DNA of 36,452 nucleotides, taken from an uncultured Methanosarcinales archaeon. Lineage in GTDB: Archaea > Nanobdellota > Nanobdellia > Woesearchaeales > CG1-02-33-12. The DNA lies in NCBI GenBank assembly GCA_964458955.1, contig CAYWLA010000002.1, positions 1-36,452 on the forward strand. The letters run 5' to 3'. This document shows, piece after piece, positions 26,344-33,744 of this stretch (within the stretch, counting starts at the first letter, position 1; each line of letters opens with the position of its first letter). The notes beneath the pieces are model-generated. The model was not told the origin of the DNA. It saw nothing but the letters and a program-made list of their open reading frames with translations, and did not search any database. A program made the translations under genes and the position numbers.

Positions 26344-26649
26344 ATGGAAAAAAATCAGGAAAATGATGTTGGAAAAGTCACTGAAAATCTCTATAATATA
26401 AAGATTAAGCCAGAATATGCAAAAGATGATTGCATAAGGAAAAAACTTGAAGAAATGGGATTAAAGATAAAGGTAGGACTTGAATCAACACAAACATATA
26501 ATATTGAGATTCCTTTTCCTAAAGGAATAAAAGAATCAGAAAAAGAAAGTTACCTTGAAATAAAATTAAATGAATTAAAGCCTTATGTGGTATATTTTGA
26601 AAAATCAACAGAAATGAAAATATTATATAATGGTTCTAATCCAGTTTAA
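26344..26649 (+). CDS. Hypothetical small protein downstream of the S8 protease
   Basis: ATG 26344 lies 3 nt after the protease stop. Length is 101 aa with no recognised motif. The 3' end overlaps mre11 convergently. Confidence 0.4.
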   Translation: MEKNQENDVGKVTENLYNIKIKPEYAKDDCIRKKLEEMGLKIKVGLESTQTYNIEIPFPKGIKESEKESYLEIKLNELKPYVVYFEKSTEMKILYNGSNPV

Positions 26650-27859
26650 TTATTTTTTCAATATCTTCTTTAATTCTTTTCTCAAAGTCAGCAACACGCT
26701 CGCCTTCATCTTTTTCTTTAGATAATATATCCATCAGATGCTTTGTGAGTTTTTCTTCTTTTTCAGCACTAAGAGCATCAATTTTTATTTGTCCTATGCT
26801 CTCTTTTATCAATGAATCTTCAACTTCTTCAACAGAGCTTATTTTTGCATTAATTTTATCTAATTCTTTTGCAGTTAGTTTAGCTGTATTTTTCATTACA
26901 AAATAAGCGCCATTATCATAAATTTTAGTAAATATGTCTCTCATGTTTATGTCAGATGGCTTTCCTGAATCCAAAGTTCCAGCTAATCTTATTGTTACAA
27001 TTGTGTTAATAAATTCCCTACCTTTTATTTTATCTTCAAGCTCTGCTCTTATCTGCTCAGGGCTTTTATTATTGCAGTCAAGGTTTAATGAAAAAACATT
27101 GTAAATAACAATTGGCTCATATTTAAGCTCAAGCTTGGCTGTTTTCTCAACAATGTAAAAACCACCGTTCTCAAGCTTTTCAAGCTCGCTGAAGCTGTTT
27201 GGAAACAATGGCCCAGGATATGCTATAAGCCCGTAACCTGGCTCTTTTTTGCTGAATACATGATGAACATGCCCGCCGGCATAATAATCAAAGTTTTTTG
27301 GCAGCAGTGATAATGCCTGCGATTCCATTAAATTAAGCTCTTCTGGCTTGAATTCAGTTAAGGCAGTGTGAAACATGAATATCTTAAAGCCCTGCTCCTC
27401 TTCAAGGCCCCTCCTGACAAGAGAGCCATACTGCCTTTTGTCAAGCATTCCCTTTCTTCCATAAATGCCTGTTATTTTTGCCCCTGTTTTTTTGTCAATG
27501 GTGAATTCAAGGTTTAATTTTTCATCAATTATTTTCCCTTTCATGACATTTATTAAGAGGCCTGCTTTTTCCAGAACATCAATTATTGTTTTTCCGCTTG
27601 GAGAAAAATCATGAGAGCCAGGGATTACATAAGATGGAATATTGCTGTCTTTTAATTCCTTGAGTTTTGTAACAACTACCTTTAAGGCGTCTATGCTCGG
27701 CAGGGCTGTGTTGAATAAATCTCCAGCTATCAATACAAAATCAACCTGCTTTTCAATGCAGATGTTTACTGCTTTTAGAAAGGCCTTTGTGCTTGCATCC
27801 CTTAATTTTGGGTCTCTCCAAGAGCCGATGTGGCAGTCTGCCATATGTGCAAATTTCAT
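26636..27859 (-). CDS. mre11: Mre11-type DNA double-strand-break repair nuclease (calcineurin-like phosphoesterase)
   Basis: The phosphoesterase motifs appear in order: MKFAHMADCHIG, IAGDLFN, GSHD, FMFHT and GGHVHH. The start is set at ATG 27859. Confidence 0.85.
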   Translation of the reverse strand: MKFAHMADCHIGSWRDPKLRDASTKAFLKAVNICIEKQVDFVLIAGDLFNTALPSIDALKVVVTKLKELKDSNIPSYVIPGSHDFSPSGKTIIDVLEKAGLLINVMKGKIIDEKLNLEFTIDKKTGAKITGIYGRKGMLDKRQYGSLVRRGLEEEQGFKIFMFHTALTEFKPEELNLMESQALSLLPKNFDYYAGGHVHHVFSKKEPGYGLIAYPGPLFPNSFSELEKLENGGFYIVEKTAKLELKYEPIVIYNVFSLNLDCNNKSPEQIRAELEDKIKGREFINTIVTIRLAGTLDSGKPSDINMRDIFTKIYDNGAYFVMKNTAKLTAKELDKINAKISSVEEVEDSLIKESIGQIKIDALSAEKEEKLTKHLMDILSKEKDEGERVADFEKRIKEDIEKIIKLD

Positions 27860-27997
27860 TTTATCCCTAACATTAGAATATGATTTAATATAAAAAAGTA
27901 TAGTTTTGTTTTGACTATTCACATCTTATATATAAAAATAAAAATGTTTAAACAAGCAAAAAATTTGTTTAATATGAATTAAATTCAATTTTTGTGC

Positions 27998-28330
27998 CTA
28001 TTGATTGTGCCTGCCACATCTATTTCTTCCATGAGGTTCTTCAAATGTAAAATTGCCACCCTCTATTTTTATTGCTTTACCATTTACAATAGCATCAGCA
28101 ATTTTTTTCCTCGCAGATCGGATTAATCTATGAAAGGTTGGTTGTGAAATATTCATTTTTTTGGCACATTCTTCCTGTTCTAATCTTTCTAAATCTTTTA
28201 ATCTCACAGCTTCAAATTCGTCAATAGTTAGGATAGATTCTTCCAATTCCCTTAATGGAATGCCTCTCGGCTTAAAATAAGTGACATTTGGTTCTGAAAA
28301 GATTCTTCTGCAAAGTCTCGGTCTTGCCAT
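27998..28330 (-). CDS. DUF134 (UPF0251) putative DNA-binding protein
   Basis: MARPRLCRRI...YFKPRGIPL...LTIDEFEAVRLKDLERLEQEECAKKMNISQPTFHRLIRSARKKIADAIVNGKAIKIEGG matches the family pattern, including the sigma-70 region-4-like HTH. Confidence 0.8.
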   Translation of the reverse strand: MARPRLCRRIFSEPNVTYFKPRGIPLRELEESILTIDEFEAVRLKDLERLEQEECAKKMNISQPTFHRLIRSARKKIADAIVNGKAIKIEGGNFTFEEPHGRNRCGRHNQ

Positions 28331-28393
28331 ATTATGAATACTTATTCACATTCCTATTTAAATTTTACGAAAATAAAAAAGCAAGAAAAAAGT

Positions 28394-28636
28394 TTACTTC
28401 ATTTCTTTCAATCTTTTCTCTATCTCTTGCTTTTCCAAATCAATTTCTTTAAGCTCTGCTTCAAGGACTTTCTTTTCTTCAGCTTCAGATAGAGCAACTG
28501 GTTTTGTGTATCTAAAACCCATTCCTCTACTAAAACCTCGCCCAAATCCTCTTCGCATTCCGCAACCACAAGGTCCAAGTCCTCTTCCGGTAAGAGCACC
28601 CAAACCTAAAGGTCCTGTTCTGTCTTGTCCTGGCAT
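28394..28636 (-). CDS. DUF5320-family small protein
   Basis: The N-terminus MPGQDRTGPLGLGALTGRGLGPCGCG is followed by a C-terminal coiled coil. GGAGGT lies 8 nt upstream. Confidence 0.75.
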   Translation of the reverse strand: MPGQDRTGPLGLGALTGRGLGPCGCGMRRGFGRGFSRGMGFRYTKPVALSEAEEKKVLEAELKEIDLEKQEIEKRLKEMK

Positions 28637-28679
28637 TTTGTTTTACCTCCTATGTTTTATTTAATTAAAAGAAACTATA

Positions 28680-28811
28680 TTAGCAGTTTCCTTTTTTTCC
28701 GCCTTTCTTTTTTCCTATTCCTTTTCCACCGGCTCTTCCTTTACCTTGTCCTCTTCCATCTCTTGATCCTGCTGAACCACTTCTTGGTCCTGTTCCATCT
28801 TTATTTGGCAT
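28680..28811 (-). CDS. Unannotated 43-aa Gly/Lys-rich peptide with DUF5320-like N-terminus
   Basis: Hand translation gives MPNKDGTGPRSGSAGSRDGRGQGKGRAGGKGIGKKKGGKKGNC*. GGAGGT lies 8 nt upstream of the ATG (28811). It is below the ORF-track length cutoff. Confidence 0.5.
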   Translation of the reverse strand: MPNKDGTGPRSGSAGSRDGRGQGKGRAGGKGIGKKKGGKKGNC

Positions 28812-29077
28812 TTTTATCTACCTCCATATGTTTAATTATGAATATATATTCATAATAACTATATAAATGTTTCGGTAAAAAGAGGGTGACAATCAAAAAG
28901 ATAGGCAATTAATTTTAATGTAGGCACAAAAACTCCTTCGCAACTTTGTTGTTAGACCACGCTGCGCTTTCGTCGCTATCGCTCCTTAAGGCATATGACA
29001 GCAACTATATATGTTATACCCACAACAAGTTAACAAGGCCAGTTTCCAAAAAGAATATAAATTAAATCATATTTTTC

Positions 29078-29536
29078 ATGCTTATGCCAGAAAAAAAAGA
29101 TGTGATAATCAAGTTTATTAAAGAATGGACTATTGGTTATGTAAAGCACAGGGATATTTTAACCAAGAATATAATTGATATAAAAGAAGAGCCAGACAGG
29201 GTTATTGTTAAGTTCAAGGAAAAAGAACAGGTATTTTTGATAAGGCCAACTATAAATGATTCTGTTATTAAAGAGGTAAACAAAAACATTAGCATTGTTA
29301 TGCTGAACTCAAAGGAAAACCTTGACTTTCTTATGAATAAATGGAATAAATTAATAAAATTTGAAAAACTAACACTCTTTTTTATAAATCCCTTTTCAGA
29401 GCCTGACAAGAAATGGTTTATCTCGCCTTACATACACAATAAAATATGTGATGAGGATTCTTTAAGGCTCGGCCTCAAGACAATGTTTGAGACTGTTGAG
29501 GCTATAACAGAAAAAGATATAATTAAAAAAATATGA
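29078..29536 (+). CDS. Hypothetical protein
   Basis: A 152-aa ORF (ATG 29078 or 29084) with an A/T-rich TATA-like box at ~29048-29064. No motif recognised. Confidence 0.5.
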   Translation: MLMPEKKDVIIKFIKEWTIGYVKHRDILTKNIIDIKEEPDRVIVKFKEKEQVFLIRPTINDSVIKEVNKNISIVMLNSKENLDFLMNKWNKLIKFEKLTLFFINPFSEPDKKWFISPYIHNKICDEDSLRLGLKTMFETVEAITEKDIIKKI

Positions 29537-29594
29537 AAATCATCCTCTTACATGGCTGAAGAATCTCCTCCCAAAATCAAGTTTTTTATATATG

Positions 29595-30749
29595 TCATTT
29601 TGATATGTAGGTATCAAAATAACCCTGAATTAGGATTATGGGTGTCCCCTTGTCTCCACTTCCGCTTGTTAGGTCACATAAGCTACCTACTAAATCACTG
29701 TATTGCCTTGGTGTTGTTCCTTGTGAAGACATACTACCAGTAAGATTTTCTTTCTTTTCTTTTATTATATATTTTCTAACTGCTTTAATTGTCTCTTTCT
29801 TGTTTAATTTCCTTAATTTATCAGCAAGGTATTTCAGTTTAATTTCATTTGGTATCCCTATAAGGCCAGAGGTAAAATCAGGGCTTACAACAGGATCTGC
29901 CAATTCCCATATTCCGCACACAGGATCTTTAAAAGCACCGTCTGCATATATCATAACCTCAACATGCTTTCCAGTAATTTTTTTTATCCCTGCCTGTATT
30001 AGTTTTACATATCTTCTACCAAATTTGTCTTTAACCCTTGGGAATAATTTTAAAAGTTCACCTCTGGATTTATTTGAGCCCAATAACCCATACTTCTCAT
30101 TATATCCCCTTCCATTTAGGGGAGTTGTACAAAGGTTATCAAGACCAAGGACAATATCAGCTCCTGCTTCCCTCAAAATCCTTTTTGTTCTTTGCCTTGT
30201 GTGGATATCTGCTGCAATAACCTGTTTTGTATGCTTAAGAATCTCCTTTGGGTCATTTGAAAGAAGTATTACTGCATCTGCATTCTCTGACTCAATTATC
30301 TCCCTGTAATAATGCACATAGTTTATTCCTGTAAATGGATGCTTAAAATCTCCAAACTTTTTGTTGTATTCCTCTTCTGTCAATACTTTCTTGTATGGAT
30401 TTATTTCTGCTCTATAAAGATCATTATTATCAATGATTGGATTACCTACCTCATCATTAGGATAACTCAACAGAAGGATTATTTTCTTTGAGTTTTTTGC
30501 AGCAGCCCTTGCTATTGCCCTTAGTATCATTGAAAAACGATTTCTGCTTAGTATTGGAAAAACAATTCCTATATCTTCACTGAACTTTGCAACTATTTCT
30601 TCTGAGATATCCTCTAGAGAGATGAAATTGCCTTGAGCCCTTGCAACAAGGGATTCTGTAATTCCAATTATATCATTATTTCTAATATTATACCTGTTGA
30701 TTCCAAGAATTTTTTTAAATTGATTCTCTGATTCCCATGACCTTCTCAA
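29595..30749 (-). CDS. CofE-like (F420-0:gamma-glutamyl ligase family) protein; N-terminus probably extends to ~30839
   Basis: DIIGITESLVARAQGN, YGLLGSNKSRGELLKLFP and HVEVMIYADGAFKD resemble the CofE fold family. The ORF-track start 30749 is TTG. The same frame stays open for 32 more codons (KIKRRIGTVIRGIRAPIIKPGHNIVKVVINS), which look like the family N-terminus. Confidence 0.55.
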   Translation of the reverse strand: MRRSWESENQFKKILGINRYNIRNNDIIGITESLVARAQGNFISLEDISEEIVAKFSEDIGIVFPILSRNRFSMILRAIARAAAKNSKKIILLLSYPNDEVGNPIIDNNDLYRAEINPYKKVLTEEEYNKKFGDFKHPFTGINYVHYYREIIESENADAVILLSNDPKEILKHTKQVIAADIHTRQRTKRILREAGADIVLGLDNLCTTPLNGRGYNEKYGLLGSNKSRGELLKLFPRVKDKFGRRYVKLIQAGIKKITGKHVEVMIYADGAFKDPVCGIWELADPVVSPDFTSGLIGIPNEIKLKYLADKLRKLNKKETIKAVRKYIIKEKKENLTGSMSSQGTTPRQYSDLVGSLCDLTSGSGDKGTPIILIQGYFDTYISK

Positions 30750-30946
30750 TGAATTAATAACTACCTTAACAATATTGTGGCCTGGTTTTATTATTGGAGC
30801 TCTTATACCCCTAATAACTGTTCCAATTCTTCTTTTGATTTTAACACCCCTATTTCAAAATTGATTTCTGTATTATTTAAATTTTTCCATTTGTTTGTTA
30901 TTTAAAAATAAGAACAAAGAAGAACAAGAATTAAAAAATAAAAAAT

Positions 30947-31657
30947 TTATTTCAGATAATAAACTATGTTCACATTAGCTGTAACCTTTACATCAGAGGG
31001 CATTATTGTTGCAGCCTCTTCAACCGCTAATTCTCCTGCGGCCTTCACCATATCATATCTATAGGGCATGTAATAGAAGTTGCTTTCTGAAACTGTTTTT
31101 ATTTTTCCCAGTTTTGCTCCTAGGCTTTCTGCAAGTATTTCTGCTTTTTCCTTTGCATTTTTAGCTGCCTCTGACAATGCCTGTTTTTTGTATTCCTGCT
31201 CTTTTTCTTGAGTTAATCCAAAGTTTATGTTATTGATCTGGTTTGCCCCGTTATTAACAGCAATATCAACTATTGTTCCAACTTTTGTTAAGTCAGCTGT
31301 CTTTATCTTTAGTGTTTGTGTTGCCCTCCATCCAATAACCTTTGAGCCCTCATCCTGTGTCCATGTTCTTTCCTCATACAGATTTAAGCTCTCTGTCTCA
31401 ATGTCATCTTCTGATATGCCTTTATATCTTAGGCCATCAATTATTGCATTAACAACCTTATTTGCTTCTGATTGTGCCTCTTCTGCAGTGTCCTTTACAA
31501 TAGAAATCCCCGCCCATACCTCTGCCTCATCTGGGTCAAATGTAAGCTCCGATGTTCCCTGTGCATTTAGTGTATTCCCTTCATTTGTCTGTTGGCATCC
31601 TGTCAAACCGATTAAGGCAATAACCAGCAATATTCCAAAAATCATATGTATTTTCAT
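30947..31657 (-). CDS. SIMPL-domain (DUF541) lipoprotein
   Basis: ATG 31657 lies 7 nt after GGAGGT. The signal peptide carries a lipobox (LIGLTGC). A SIMPL-like body follows (GTSELTFDPDEAEVWAGISI..., KGISEDDIET...). Confidence 0.75.
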   Translation of the reverse strand: MKIHMIFGILLVIALIGLTGCQQTNEGNTLNAQGTSELTFDPDEAEVWAGISIVKDTAEEAQSEANKVVNAIIDGLRYKGISEDDIETESLNLYEERTWTQDEGSKVIGWRATQTLKIKTADLTKVGTIVDIAVNNGANQINNINFGLTQEKEQEYKKQALSEAAKNAKEKAEILAESLGAKLGKIKTVSESNFYYMPYRYDMVKAAGELAVEEAATIMPSDVKVTANVNIVYYLK

Positions 31658-31714
31658 TTTAAATACCTCCATACAACAAGAATAATCTTGTTTCTTTTAA
31701 GCTTTTACCTTATC

Positions 31715-31730
31715 TTCGGTTAAAACCGAA
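31715..31730. terminator. Short perfect palindrome TTCGGTTAAAACCGAA just downstream of yggS
   Basis: It is visible directly in the sequence, 9 nt past the yggS stop on the minus strand. Its role as a terminator is an inference. Confidence 0.3.
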
Positions 31731-31738
31731 ACATGAAT

Positions 31739-32428
31739 TTATTTTCTTTCTCCAAAGATTGCTGTTCCGATTCTTACCATGTTGCTTCCTTCTTCTATGG
31801 CAACCTTATAGGAATTTGTCATTCCCATGGACAGTGTTTTCATGCTCACATTAGGCAGGTTAAGGGCCTTGATCTTGTCAAAGATTTCTTTTGTTCTCTT
31901 GAAATATTGCCTGGAGTTCTCAGGGTCTCCAAACCTTGGGCCCATTGTCATCAAGCCCTCTACTCTTATATGCTCCAATTTTGAAATATTTTTAATTAAA
32001 TTTTTTATATATTCCTCAAATGGCTCATGCTCATCTGGTTTTATGCCTGCTTTTGAATCCTCGCTGCCAATGTTTATTTCTATATAAACAGGCATTATGG
32101 TTTTTCCAGCTGCTTCAACCCTCTTGTCTATTGCCTGTGCTTTTTCATATGAATCAACAGTCTGTATTATATCAAAAATAGGAATGACTTTGTTTATCTT
32201 GTTTTTTTGTAGATGGCCAATCATATGCCATTTGACTTTTTTTGTTATTTCGCCAAGCTGCTCATGCATTTCCTGCGCTTCCTGAACATAATTTTCTCCA
32301 AGGTCAGTAGCGCCTGCCTCAATAAGCTCTTCTATTTCTTCCTTTGTTCTCTGCTTTGCAGCTATAACCAAGGTTACATGGCCTGGGATTTCTCTTCTAA
32401 TTTTTTTATAATTTTCAGCTATGCTCAT
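31739..32428 (-). CDS. yggS: YggS-family pyridoxal-phosphate homeostasis protein
   Basis: VTLVIAAKQRT (PLP Lys), GENYVQE, WHMIGHLQKNK and LSMGMTNSY are present. ATG 32428 is preferred over GTG 32437. Confidence 0.9.
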   Translation of the reverse strand: MSIAENYKKIRREIPGHVTLVIAAKQRTKEEIEELIEAGATDLGENYVQEAQEMHEQLGEITKKVKWHMIGHLQKNKINKVIPIFDIIQTVDSYEKAQAIDKRVEAAGKTIMPVYIEINIGSEDSKAGIKPDEHEPFEEYIKNLIKNISKLEHIRVEGLMTMGPRFGDPENSRQYFKRTKEIFDKIKALNLPNVSMKTLSMGMTNSYKVAIEEGSNMVRIGTAIFGERK

Positions 32429-32626
32429 TTCAGCCACAAAATAAAGCTTGGGTTTTGTTATTTATATAAGTTATGCTAAAGAAATTGTTTGAATTGGAAT
32501 CTGCAATATCAGGCTGCATTGTCAGGGCAAAACAACACAGCCTGATTTATTTAATTTTCAGAACTCTAAATTCATCTGTTGCTATTGCACTTGTATTTGA
32601 GTAGAGCATTTCAATAGATGTATAGT

Positions 32627-32678
32627 GTTAATGGTTAACAACGAAAGGTTTAAATAGTTGTTTATGTTAATTATTAAC
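32627..32678. promoter_or_regulatory. Left pair of 13-bp palindromes (GTTAATGGTTAAC 32627-32639; GTTAATTATTAAC 32666-32678) flanking a BRE/TATA box (GAAAGGTTTAAATA 32643-32656)
   Basis: Read directly from the sequence. ATG 32682 follows 3 nt after the second palindrome. The arrangement is that of operators bracketing a promoter. Confidence 0.6.
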
Positions 32679-32730
32679 AGGATGGAAGAAGATCTAAAAA
32701 ATAAAGCAAATAAGGTTGTTAATGCAATAA

Positions 32731-33087
32731 TTGATAGCCTGTATAGCAGAAAAATTAGGCATGCGTTCTGAATCTGCTTCTAATTTTTTCAATGCTTTAT
32801 TTGCAGCAGATGATTCTATCCTTGCTAAGATTGGTGAAAGACCAAAAGATCACACTGAGAGATTCAGGGTATTAAAACTAAAGTTTCCTGGATTATATAT
32901 TATAACTGACAAGCTGTTCTCAACTTATAGAAGAACTTACACTCAGGAATTGAAAAAAGAAGAATTAGAACTGGTTAAAAAGAGGATTAAAGATGCATTT
33001 AAAAACACAAATATTAAAATCCCAACAGATGAAGAAATTAAAGAAAAACTTACAGAACTTGTTAAAAAAGGAAAAATACTTGGTTGA
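32731..33087 (+). CDS. HTH-like protein fragment/ORF (middle frame of a three-frame module)
   Basis: It begins directly after a TAA, with TTG 32731 or ATG 32761 as possible starts. IAEKLGMRSESASNFFNAL looks like an HTH recognition region. A 29-codon ORF (32682-32771) in the previous frame supplies a plausible N-terminus, and the C-terminus (KLTELVKKGKILG*) reads on into the NTase ORF after a +1 shift. Confidence 0.4.
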   Translation: MIACIAEKLGMRSESASNFFNALFAADDSILAKIGERPKDHTERFRVLKLKFPGLYIITDKLFSTYRRTYTQELKKEELELVKKRIKDAFKNTNIKIPTDEEIKEKLTELVKKGKILG

Positions 33088-33586
33088 TGTATATATCTTT
33101 GGCTCAGCATTAAAAGGTAAAGAAGAACCAAAAGATATTGACTTGATCAGTTTATTTAGAGATAAAGACTATAAGCTTATCGAAGACATAAATTATGAGA
33201 TTAAAAAAATTGGAGATAAACTTGAGCTTAATCTGCATATAGAACCCCTAATTGTCGACGACATGTTTAGCAATAGAGCACACAGAAACATAATTCATGA
33301 GGGGTTTAGCATTAAGAACATGAAATCAGTAAGTAGCATACTGAATTTTGATTCTTTCTTAATTATAAGGTATGGGCTAAGAGATAAAAAAGCCTCTGAT
33401 AAGGTTAGATTTTCATATGCTTTATTTGGCAGAAAAAAAGGAGAAGGGGTTCTGGCTGGATTAAAGGGAAGAGAACTCGGCAAGGGAAGCATTTTAATTC
33501 CAATAGGCAAAGAAGCGGTTATTACATCTTTTTTCAAGCAATGGGGTGTAGAATTCAAAAAACAAAGAGCAATTCTATTTAGTTAA
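32993..33586 (+). CDS. Nucleotidyltransferase-domain protein (Pol-beta superfamily), possibly the 3' part of a frameshifted gene
   Basis: VDVYIFGSALKGKEEPKDIDLISLF is a G-S...D-x-D NTase motif. It is followed by a ~110-aa C-terminal region of unknown type. The first ~25 codons overlap the previous ORF. Confidence 0.6.
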   Translation: MHLKTQILKSQQMKKLKKNLQNLLKKEKYLVDVYIFGSALKGKEEPKDIDLISLFRDKDYKLIEDINYEIKKIGDKLELNLHIEPLIVDDMFSNRAHRNIIHEGFSIKNMKSVSSILNFDSFLIIRYGLRDKKASDKVRFSYALFGRKKGEGVLAGLKGRELGKGSILIPIGKEAVITSFFKQWGVEFKKQRAILFS

Positions 33587-33632
33587 TAATTAACAAAATA
33601 AGTTATAAAAGAGTTATTTGTTAATCATTAAC
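33582..33632. repeat. Right pair of 13-bp palindromes (GTTAATAATTAAC 33582-33594; GTTAATCATTAAC 33620-33632), a mirror image of the left pair
   Basis: The reverse complement AGTGTTAATGATTAACAA...TGTTAATTATTAAC aligns with the left end AGTGTTAATGGTTAACAA...TGTTAATTATTAAC. Spacing is 38 versus 39 bp. The first palindrome contains the NTase stop codon. Confidence 0.6.
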
Positions 33633-33744
33633 ACTCGCAAAAAACTCACAAGAACAAAATAGAATTAAAATGTTTCTATTATTCATTTTTTATTTAATAT
33701 TATTAAACTTTTTGTGAATAATAGTATCTTAAGCTTAATTTTGT

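Noticed and set aside
28933-28992. GC-rich island as a split-tRNA half (TTAGACCAC resembles the complement of a D-arm)
   Set aside because: I could not build an acceptor, D or anticodon half-molecule or a complementary leader from it on either strand. It is retained only as a generic ncRNA candidate.
29552-30309. Plus-strand ORFs (63, 223 and 60 aa) opposite the CofE-like gene
   Set aside because: They lie antisense to a motif-bearing gene and have proline/serine/leucine-rich artefactual composition.
31227-32479. Plus-strand ORFs opposite the SIMPL and yggS genes
   Set aside because: They lie antisense to well-supported genes and have no motifs.
33064-33070. A AAA AAG heptamer at the HTH/NTase junction as a dnaX-type programmed -1 frameshift site
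   Set aside because: In the upstream frame the heptamer is read AAA AAA G, not X XXY YYZ. The downstream NTase frame is +1 rather than -1 relative to it, so a -1 slip would not join the two ORFs.
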